64,000 nucleotides of DNA. It comes from Octopus vulgaris. Taxonomy: Eukaryota. The notes beneath the pieces are model-generated. The model was not told the origin of the DNA and ran no database searches. It was given only the letters and a program-made list of their open reading frames with translations. Position numbers and translations under genes: made by a program. The stretch lies in the NCBI GenBank assembly GCA_951406725.2, contig OX597814.1, positions 99,076,001 to 99,140,000 of the forward strand, written 5' to 3'. Of the stretch, positions 52,840 to 64,000 are shown piece after piece (position 1 is the first letter of the stretch; each line of letters starts with the position of its first letter).

Positions 52840-54289
52840 TACACACAAATACACATACGCATACACACACATATGTAGATACACATACGCACGTGTTTCT
52901 ATAGATACATGTGTGTGTATGTGTGTGTGTGTGTGTGGTCTCCATCTGTGGTCTCCCCCAACTGCTTCACAAACTGTGTTTGTTTACGTTTCCGTAATCT
53001 AGCGGTTCGGCAAAAGAAACTGACATAATAAATACCAAGATTTTAAAAAATACGCCGTTGCATCGATTTATTCGACTAAACCCTTGAAGACGGTGTACCA
53101 GCATGACTGCACTTCAAAAGCTGAAACAAATAAAATATACAAAATATACAAAATTACATCGAAACTCGTTGAACAGAAAATTCCTCCGCAAATTGCAAGC
53201 TGTTGAAACCTAGCTTATACAGTTTCATATATTTGTTGTATAGTGGCTATATTAAATCTTCGTAAAGGCTGCAAACAGGCAGCTGAGTTCAGATTCCACC
53301 GAGGTCGATAAAACAAGTGCCAGTTGAGCACTGGGGTCGATGAAATTGTCTTATCTCCTCCCTCCAAATCACTAGCCTTATGCCAACATTTGGAACCAGT
53401 TTTAAGTCTTCAAGCGACATTCGATCACAAGTGAAAACGTTTCAGATTTAATATTTGATTTTCATGTTATCTTAAAACAGCGATAATCCTTAGAGCCCCT
53501 CATTCATAAAAAAAGAAAATTCACAAAACATCTTAAAATAAATTACGTTACAACAGATGTTTTTACAAAGTATGTTGTTTAAAAACCTTTCCTTTCTTTT
53601 CCGTTACTTCTGTTGTTCATGACATTTTTGTTTGTTTTCCTTCTACTTAAGATATCAAGGGGGTAAAAAGAGCAGCTGTGAGGGCTAAATCACAAAAGTG
53701 GTCCCATTACTACCACGATAACTGACCATCAGATCCTTTATGTATTAGAAACTAATGACCCCTTTACTTTCACCACAGCAATAAAATGTAGTTTTTGTGT
53801 TGTATTAAGAGGTTTCAATTTCTTCTTTATTTTTATACATATTATCGCTCTCCACTCTCTTTCGCTCTTTCATTGGCCCTTTTCTATCTCTCTCTTTCAT
53901 TCGCACCTTTTTTGTCTCTTTCTCTGTCTTTCATTCACCCCTTCTCTCTCTCTCTCTCTTTCCCTCTCTCTTACAGACGCACACATTCAAAGAAGCATAA
54001 TAAACGCACATACGCTGACATAAAGCCAATTCAACTAACGCTATAGACCCACTAGAGAACTCACGTGGTATGTATGTATGTATGTTTGTACGTATGTATT
54101 TATGTATATATGTACATACGTACGTAGGTATGTCAGTAAGTATGTATGTATATGTGTGTATATGTATTCATATTCATATATCTAATACATACATGTACAA
54201 ATATGTGTATATGTATATGTATGTATGTACATATATATATGTATATATAATATATAAAATATAATATATATATATATACACACACATAT

Positions 54290-54351
<62 letters not shown>

Positions 54352-56228
54352 TTACTTGTATATATGTATTTGTAACGAGAGAGAGTGAGAGAGAAAAATG
54401 TGAGCTCTGCGTATGTATGTATGAATGTGTATGTCTGCGAATGTTTGTGTGTGCGTGTGCGCTGATATTCGTGTTTTATGTATGAGTGAATGTAGTTGAG
54501 GCTCTTTGTGTTTTGTTGTTGTTGTTGGAGGCACAGAAGATGCGTGCATGTCCTGGGTGTTAACACGGGTGAACGGTTGTTGTTTTCATATCGCTGCAAC
54601 CCTTCTATTTTACCTACGTATATATGAAATTTTAGGCGTGTCTTGACCACGTTATTCTTTATATGAAAAGTGAGTAAACCCCTGCTTTCCAAAGTATTTG
54701 TTTATGCGTGTGCATGTGCGCGTATGAAATGTAATGCTTGTAGTTATGCTGGCGATGACGGGGCTGGTAGCTATGGTTGCGGTTGTTGCGTGCCTGTTTG
54801 TGTGTGCGCGCGGTGGTGGTGGTGGTTTGTAGCTTTGAAAGCTGATACCTGGAATAAGAAGGCTTTTGAGAATAAGCAGGGCTTTAAGAGCCTTAAGCTA
54901 TTGTAATGATCGCTTCAGCAAGTGTTCTTTCAACAATGGAATCTAACTGACTGCCTTTTCTTATTTTATTTTCCTATCAGTTTTTCAGAATTTTTTTTTT
55001 TGTTGTTCTTGATCTTTTTATCTTTCGTTTTCCTTTTTATTCTTTTTATACTTTTTACATTTCTTTTCTTGTTTTCGTTTCTTTCCTTCTCCTTTTTCTT
55101 TCTTCATTCTTAATACTTAATTCCCCTCACTGAGAGCTGATATTAAGTATCCACGAGCAAAGCCACGCTGACCTATCTATACCATACACAGCTGAATAAT
55201 TCCAATGTCCTGCCTGGATATCTAACTAAAAAAAAAAAAAAAAGAAAAAAAAAGACCAAGGGAAGAAGAAAGAAGCACGATTGTCTGTTGGTATACAGTC
55301 ACAAAAACAACAATAGAACAAAACAGATCCCTACCCAACATATCAGGACATTTTTTTTGTCAACTCTACACCACCACCACTCTAACTCGTTATATATCCG
55401 TCTTTTCTTTCTTGCTCTTTTCTTATTCGTTTCATCACACCCTCGTCTAGATTTGTCTATTTGACTGCATCACTACTCTCGTCCTAGCTTCTTTACGCTG
55501 TTTATTGGTTGCTGCTCTTTCGTTTTTTCACCGTATAGTGTCAGCATTTCGTTTTTTGTTATTGTTAAATGTCTTTTGTCGTAGTTTCGGCAAGAAGTTA
55601 GTGAAGGTGTTGTTAATAGCATTGCTGGTGTCAATGTTAACAGTGTCAATGTAGGGGACTTATAGCAATGTCTGTTGGTGAGCACAGAAAAGGCTATTGT
55701 GGCCGGAATAATTGTGATAGAAGTAATGGTGGTGGTTGTGCTGATGGTTTAGCTCGGCAATTGTATCGATGATGGCTGTGGTATTGTTGTTGTTGTTGTT
55801 GTTGTTGATGATGATGATGATGATGATGACGATGATAACGACGATGATGGTAATGACGACGACGACGAAAGCGAAGACGATGACGACGACGATGATAATG
55901 ATGAGTGTATTGGGGGTTGCTTTGAAAACCTAGCTGTTGTGCAAGGGAAGGTGAAACTAATGTCATTGGTGGTGGGCGTGGTTTTCGGTGGGAACATACA
56001 TTTATACATAGCATTGAAAAGTTTATTTAGTTAGTTTCGTTCCATGTATCTAAGGTCAAATATTAGCCGATGGGTGGGCTCGTTGGAAATACTAAGAATA
56101 AAATAGGAAAAAAACGTGATTATAAACAAGAATTAAATTGGATATGTAAAAGATGTTCCTCATTTTTAATTCAAAATAATCACATACCAAAGTCATCTCT
56201 CTCTCTTTCTCACTCACTCTATCTCCCC

Positions 56229-56261
<33 letters not shown>

Positions 56262-58316
56262 TGTGTATGTGTATAGCTATCTAGCTATCTACCTGTCCCT
56301 CTAACTATCTATCTCTCGCTTTTTTTCTTTTATTTATTTTTTTTTTTTTCTTTTCTTCCCTTTTACAATCCCTCTTGATCGAAAACCTACGCCACCCCCC
56401 CTTTTTTTCTTTTGTTTTTTGTTTTCTTTCATCCCCCAAAAGAAAAGCTCTACCTTGTAATTTGTCCCATCTGTGTGCAGCCCTGTGTGGCCAATAAAGA
56501 AACTTATCTATCTCTCGCTCCGGGTACTCTAACCCTTTATAGTCAGAGTATATCTAGGTTACGGTTGAGTTTAGGCAAAGTATTGTCAATTTCTTTATTA
56601 ACCATGAGGTTGAGAAAAAGAGGGGACGTTACGAGGACAGACAACACAAACATTGGGGTCAGAGGATCGAATGAGACGAAACGTATGAATAAACAAACAA
56701 AATATATACAATTAAATGAGAATGAGTGATTTACAAAAAATGAAGCGGAGGATGCGGTCGAACACACAGACCACATACTCACACTAGACAGGTTCTTTCA
56801 CTCGCATCATACTTGATACAGACTTCCATTTTTTACAAAACACACTTTGCGACTGACGTTTCTTCTCCAGCCTTATTTTCCGTTTCATGTGGAAAACGAA
56901 TACGTCGATTAGCTCGAGACTTGAGACGAACATGCCTGTTGCTTTTCCTTTCACTCTAGTCATCTGCTTCGAAATGTTTGTTCATTGACTGAGAGAGGGA
57001 AGGAGAGAGAAACAGAAAAGAGCAAACATGAAACTAGAAGTGGCTGTGTAGAAAGTAGCCTGCTTACCAACCATATGGTTCCGTGTTCAGTCTCACTGCA
57101 TGGCACCTTGTGCAAGTGTCTTCTAATATAGCCTCGGGCCGACCAAAGCCTTGTGAGTGGATTTGGTAGACGGAAATTGAAAGAAGACCATCGTATATAT
57201 ATATATATATATATATCAATGGATACATGCAGTCTCAACAAAATCAGTCTGAGCATAGGTACCTAATGTTAGCCCCATATAGAGATGGTGCTCAACTGAT
57301 CTATGAGGATGGTGGAGGGAGGAATGTTGTGCTTATGTGAGACCTGCTATGCTGTACTTACAGAGTGACGTATACCATTCTATGCATGACTGGCTGTACT
57401 GTAATGGTATACTGAATGTGGATTTTCAAGGTGAGTTCGGATTGGCTGTATGCAAATGAATTCATTACTGAGGTCCGGAACCCTCGTGGAGAAAAATAAT
57501 TTTCTCTACGCGGACTTGTGCCTTGTGGGGGTGGGGGACTATCTAGGTGCAGCCCCATGATCATTCATGACTGAAGGGGTCTTTACCCTTACTCTTAGTG
57601 GAATCATTAGGGAATAGGGAATAGACTAAAAGATACTGCAGTATCTTAGTTATTGCACATTACTAATTAAGTTCTAGTTTTGCCGAGGTTAAATTCGCCC
57701 TTTTTACTTTCAGGATCAACCACATAAAATACCTACCAGCAACTGGGACCGATCTCTGTATCTACAATGCTTCCTAGAAGTGTAGCAACTTCATAATTTA
57801 ATAATCTTTTCTTGTATAGGTACAAGGCCCAAAAAATTGGGTGAGGGGCTAATCGATTACATTGATCCTAGTGTTCAATAGATGTTCTATTGCATCGACC
57901 TCGAAAGGATGAAAGGCAAAGTGTACTTCAGCAGAATTTAAACTGAGAACATAAAGATTGACGGATTGCTGTGAAGTATTTTGTCCCACGTGCTAACGAT
58001 GCTGCCAGCTCGCCGCATTACTCTATGACTTGACAATGGTTTTACATTTTGGCACAATGTCAGCAAGTAAGAGGTGAGGCTAAGTTGATTACATCGATCC
58101 CAGTGCTGAACTGATACTTATTTTACCGACCCCCAAAAGGGATGAAAGGCAAATATGACCTTAGCTGCATTTGAACCAAAAGTGTACAGACAGGCGTGTG
58201 TGTGTGTGCATGTATATATACATATATCCATATATGTATGTATATACACGCACACACATATACATAGGCACAAACACACACACATATATAAATATATATA
58301 TGTATATATGTATGTG

Positions 58317-58360
<44 letters not shown>

Positions 58361-58419
58361 TGCATACACACATACACACGAATGCAAGCACATACACACA
58401 CACATATATATGTATATAT

Positions 58420-58485
<66 letters not shown>

Positions 58486-58729
58486 ATATACACGTATATA
58501 TGTATACACACACATACATATATATAGTGCAGTCTTTTTGAAACATACACGAAGACTGAAAGTGTCGCTGGAGAGGTCACAAATGTGTAACGAAAGATTT
58601 CCGGACAATGGACATGAGTTAGAATAAGAACAGTAATAAAAGAGTGAAGAAAGAATATATAGTGCGTATGTTTAATTGGGTGAAAAAAAAAAGATCATCC
58701 CGAAATACAACAATATAAAGTATTATATA

Positions 58730-59900
58730 TATTTATTACTTCTATCCATTGCTCTTTATTAAACAAATCGCAATACTGTCTTTGATATGCTTGTTAGTGC
58801 AAAAGATATCTGACGCTACAAAGAACGTTTTAGGAATTTTGTCTATATCAAAATCCTTGTACGAGTATAGACTAAATTTCTCCACAAATTTCTATTATGC
58901 GGTCAATTAACGTCTTCTTACAACGTAATGCAGACAGAATTTCGGAACTGCTGTACGTGAATGATAAACCTGTGGATATGAAATTAAACGAAAAATTACT
59001 CATAATTCATTGCTATTACGTGAGACATGTCCAGGGTAAATTTTTAGTCGAAATGTATCGAAGTTATCAAAACAATATAATGAGTCTATCAATTCCTCGT
59101 GGAATCCACAAACATCTCTCTCGATATCATAGGGCTTTGTGGAATTCTTGTTGAGAAACACTGCTCTAGTTAGACTGAAATACAATGCACAGGTAAGTAC
59201 CACTATGAATATGTATAGACAAAAAGCATCCGTGACGCTCTGAAGGCCCCAATCTATACTTTCCCGCTGTGACCTCTAAACCTATAGACACACAAAATCC
59301 GACTGGATTCCAGAAAAAATTTGTCTTACCTCGATGATTCATAAGTTGTATGGCAACGTATGTTGTGTAGCCTTCCGATAGGTGGAAATATAATATGCGA
59401 GGAGTGTTGGAAAGTTTCTAGCTTTGGATCAAAGAAAATACAGGAGGATCAGTTAGTTATGACTTTATTTAATATATTCGCCTCTCAGATTCACAAATTT
59501 ATTGCAGCGGTCCTTCAGGATTTTCTAAGCCATGTGACATAACTCGGAAGGTTGTGCCTCCAACCAAGCCATTTGTGAAACCCTTAAAGCTAGGAACTTT
59601 TCAGCAACGCCTCGTATATGAAATATTAGATCTGTGACACTTCGTCTTTCGATCGAGATGCTTCACTCAACGCAGAAAACTATACATCATAGATTGATTT
59701 GATAAAACTACCTGAGATGACACCTAACAGTCTTTCAAAAAGTGTCGTCTGAGATACAATATGCGTAAAGAAACGAAGAAGTATAAGACAAAATGCTAGC
59801 GACTAGTATTACAGTAAACGGCAATAAAAACTTATATGTTAGGTATACAAAACTTTCCCCAGTAATGGGGGCGGGGGTACAAGGTATCAACATCGTCCAA
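58730..59900 (-). mobile_element. Highly degenerate piggyBac-like transposase remnant
   Basis: Colinear minus-strand pieces FTVILVAS (~FIGILILSG), GKTNFFWNPVGF (~KQFIRGKPIRFG), SLYCFDNFDT (~LYFDNFFTS), ALRCKK (~IRxKKW). Confidence 0.4.
59398..59614. mobile_element. Mariner-derived MITE nested in the piggyBac-like remnant
   Basis: Imperfect TIRs CGAGGAGTGTTGGAAAGTTTCTAGCTTT / AAAGCTAGGAACTTTTCAGCAACGCCTCG; TA on the right flank, TG on the left. Confidence 0.8.
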
Positions 59901-60113
59901 TGAAGCAGAAATGTATCTGGCGTTCTCACTAGCCACAACTTGGACATTTTCTATTTCCCTCCGATATATATTCTGATATATATTTAAATATATATTCTGA
60001 TATATATTTAAAAGCAACACGGTCACAAACGATGTTATCTCGGGACAAATATCGCAGTAAATTTGCTTTTCAAAAATGTATTTATATCAAGTATGATACA
60101 TAACTGCAAAGGG

Positions 60114-60282
<169 letters not shown>

Positions 60283-60310
60283 CTTCCCTCTCTTCCTCCC
60301 TCCCTACCTG

Positions 60311-61071
60311 TCTCCGTGTATATATATAAACGGCAGTTTGTCTGTCTGTGTGTCTGTGTGTCTGTCAGGTCGTACCCTCACCCTGACATGGGTTTCAACC
60401 GATTCTGATGAAACTTGACGCACACATAGCCCAATGTCATAATTCAAAACTAACGCAGCGAAAATTTTGAAAAGTTCCCCCAGTTCTGAAAAAAAAAATC
60501 GATAAATTCGACATGGGTCGAGAATCTAAACTTTTTATATGCAACACATTTTCTACAGACTGTCTAGGGGACGCAACTCGACCTTTTTAACTCTCGGAAC
60601 ACGCGGGCAGCAATGTGACTGACAACAACGAAAAAGTCAAAAGTGACCAAACTGAACAAACGAATGGAAAAGGTTTTGTGGTGCATACGACAAAAGCGGT
60701 TTATAATAAACCAAGAGTTTGCAAGTAGCGTCCGAGGACCCTTAGGGTACGTCAAAAATTTAAGGTAAAACGTTTGGGGTGGTAGTTATAAAGAAAGTGT
60801 AAACAAAAAAAGTATTCGAATAACTTGCGGCTGCAGCAGCTATTAGCAGAAGTGGCGGTGTTGGGGGTAAAATCTCGAATGTAATTTCTTCCTGGTAGGA
60901 ATTGGTTGGGTTGAATTATCGATAGCTGTTTGATAGTTATTTGGGAGTGAAGAGAAGACATTGCAACCTACACATGCGCCTTCGTTCCCTAGAGGGAAAG
61001 GACTAGATTGGGATTAGTCGTTGCCTACTAGGGGCTCTTACATACCCGGACAACGCCGGGCTATGCTGCTA

Positions 61072-61072
<1 letters not shown>
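60311..61072 (+). mobile_element. Non-autonomous Helitron, same 5' part as 25350-25733, different 3' interior
   Basis: TC start, shared sequence to CCTTTTTAACTCTC (60595), hairpin CCCGGACAACGCCGGG at 61045-61060, CTAG|T end. Confidence 0.8.
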
Positions 61073-61110
<38 letters not shown>

Positions 61111-61135
61111 CACACACACGCACACATATATTTAC

Positions 61136-61166
<31 letters not shown>

Positions 61167-64000
61167 CGGCTGGTATTTGTATATGTATATACACAATATA
61201 TGTGCGTGTGTGCGTGTTAATTTGTGTGTAATACTAAGATAGAAGCCGCAGTTTATGAAAGGAAAGAATACATGTGTGTGTGTGTAAAAGAAAGACAGAC
61301 AGAGTAAAAGGGAGAGAATGGGGAGAGGGATTATGAATGAAACATAGGGAAAACAATAGACAAAATAGTAGATACGAGCTTTAAAGACCGACAAGAGGAA
61401 GACAAAGCGCAATGTTAGCGGGGGTTCATTCATCTCCAGCTATTATCACCTGACGCAAATAAAGGCCCAGTCATGGAAAACCAGTGACTTTTCTTCTGCG
61501 TTGATGGCTCCAGTAATTTGTAACCTTACCGCTTGAGTGGGTTGGTCGTTGGCTGAAGTCAGAAGTTCAGGCTTCAAAATAAACACACACACGCGCACAA
61601 CCTATAGGAACATTTATTGGCACATTCAACTATAACTAAAGCAGACACTAGACGCAAATGAATATATATATATATATATATATATATGGAGAGAGAGAGA
61701 GAGAAAGAGATTATAAAATAGCATGCAGGTGTGTGGTAATGTGTTCCATATATTCAAATGCGTGCGTACACACTCACACAGACACAGACACACACACACA
61801 TTTTGCATATTATTTTGCACAGTGGGACGTTCCTTTCATGACCGAAGATAATCTCCAATGTTAAAATAAATAGCTAAATAACCCTTTCTGCTCTATGCAC
61901 AAGGCCTGAGATTAAGAGAAGGGGTACTTATTTTATCGACCACAAAAGATGAAAGGCAAAGTCGATGTGTGTAGATTTTGAACTCAGAACGTAAAGAGAC
62001 GGAAGAAATACTTCTAAGCATTTTTTTCCTGCGCGCTAATGATTCTGCTGACTCACTGCCTTTAAATAAAATAAAAACAAAATATAAAAATAAAATTTTA
62101 AAAAGTATAGATAAATCTTTTCGCCACCTCCGAATAACATAATGGCTACCCGTGGATAGTCTGTGATCATTTGGAAATACAGTGGCAGACTTTCGTCCTG
62201 GGATGTCTGTAACAACTCTAATCCTGCAGCGATCATTTTATTTTACATATTGCGGCAAAACTTGTTTCTTGTACTCAAGTTTGGTCTTTCACATTCCACT
62301 GTTAGAATCACGATGAAGCATTCTCTTTTTACTTCCGCAGTTCGCCTATTATTTCTCTAGTGTGATAGGTTTAATATACAGTATAATAGAGTAAATAGTT
62401 TATATAAGAGAAATTGAATGATTTTCTTCTTCAGAATTTAATGGCTAAGATTATAATACTATAGGGTTGCCATTTCGATTAAGAGTAGCCCTCATAGCAA
62501 CCTCAGGTGTCTCCGTTGTATCGGTAAACATCATATATTCATCTACATTAACCGTGATCATAGATTATGTAATAGCTGTTTTTAAGTCATTGGTTGGTTG
62601 CCATTACAGCTTCTCATGATAGCAGAAACTAAGTAAGTCTTATTATTTCAGAGAAGTTAGGAACCCATCGCAACTAACAAACGAACATACCCTTCACACT
62701 AGATAATGTATATTGCTTATTTTCAGGAAAAGATATTTCTTTAAATGGAATCAAACCTGAGTGCTCAGACGAAATTAATTATGGAAAATTTGATGAGTTA
62801 GAGTACAAACTTATTTGAGAATTTACTTTTATGTATATTTAGTCTCATCCTGCTTTTACGAACAAATCCAAATAATTTACTTGCATTTTTGTTTTATTTT
62901 TTTGGTCTTTGTCTAGGTACCTTAGTAAATGTATTTATTAAAAGTTTCGGTGTAATCATCTACTCATCTCGTTTTGCTTTTACCGTTCGCGACACGTTTC
63001 CGCGCATCCTAAAGTCGGTCACATAGTTCAATGATGTCTTCTTTGAGCATCTTTATTCCTTACTAACGAATTTACTCGCCATGAAATTATCTAAAATTAC
63101 GAAAATTTGTAATTACATTTTTGAAATCTGGCGGCAGATTAACAAAGACACTCGACGGATCAATGGTTCGCAAAGCTAAAAAAGAAATTTCCAAGTTCGA
63201 TTGCGTGTTTGCGAGCATTGAATAAAATAAAAATAACAAATAAAAATTTTCTCGGAAACACTAAAAATAGTGTTTGTTCTGTAGTCAGGTATTACGAGGC
63301 AATGCATTTGATCGAAGAGGAAGCCTTTTATTTTTAAAACAGTTCACAACACTTCTTGATTGGTATAGTAAAGATAACTAAAGTCATCGATATATATTAA
63401 AAAATGATTGCGAAATTTTCTTCGGAACGCAGATCGATAAGAGTCTGAAATAAAAGTCACTAGGTTCTTCAAATGTAACTTTATATTCCTGAGAGTTAAA
63501 TAGTGCTTAACAGTACATGAAACCTCAGAAGGTGTAAGTATCACACTGAGTTTTATAGGTAGATGTCCACTTCCATTTCGACTATAGCAATTTTATCTTA
63601 GCGAAATAAATTGAAGTGGAACTAATTCAAGATGAAAGTCAATTCATATCAAGCTTGAATCCTCTAAAAGTACCTCTGACATGTGTCTCTGTATAGCGTA
63701 GAGATAGATCATAACTATTGAAACAATAATAACAGGTATTAATCGCTTCATCTCGCGAAGATTCAATCATTTTTATTGTTATTTACAACACAGCATATTT
63801 ACACAAAAAAAGATTGCTGTGCCTCGATTCTTTATAACGTTTTTATAACCCACAATCAATCTCACTTCATCATATTTTATCTTCACATATCACAAATGTA
63901 CGTATCTCGTAATATTAAATAATAACAACAAAATAAAGCCCAAGGAAATTATAATTCCTATTTATAGTACAGCGGTGGAGAATTTGCAGTGAATTTTATT

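Noticed and set aside
55694-56014. His/Gln/Arg-rich ORF resembling a transcription-factor low-complexity region
   Set aside because: Derived from (TTG)n/(GAT)n/(GAC)n repeats; no recognisable domain or exon context

Overview
AT-rich, microsatellite-saturated eukaryotic DNA, intergenic or intronic. The repeat content resembles coleoid cephalopod (Octopus-like) genomes; that assignment is from recognition, not a database search. I found no intact host gene, rRNA, true tRNA gene or CRISPR array. Most ORFs in the supplied track are translations of (TA)n, (CA)n, (TATG)n, (TCTA)n and (TAA)n repeats. The window is mostly decayed transposons: at least four tRNA-derived SINE families, non-LTR remnants (Naiad-like Penelope, R4/Dong, Tx1/L1, RTE, CRE-like), DNA transposon remnants (Tc1, maT/DD37D, mariner, a mariner MITE, probable piggyBac and Academ) and non-autonomous Helitron/Helentron elements. 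The most notable patterns: (i) a SINE that forms dimers and trimers through one invariant junction matching its own apparent GGT target; (ii) several hammerhead-ribozyme-like cores, often in fold-back inverted repeats typical of Penelope pLTRs; (iii) a Tc1 transposase split by a 117-nt intron-like segment; (iv) a ~570-bp inverted duplication; (v) a Helitron copy with a swapped ~445-bp internal segment. I cannot support a new protein-coding system. Boundaries of degenerate elements are approximate.
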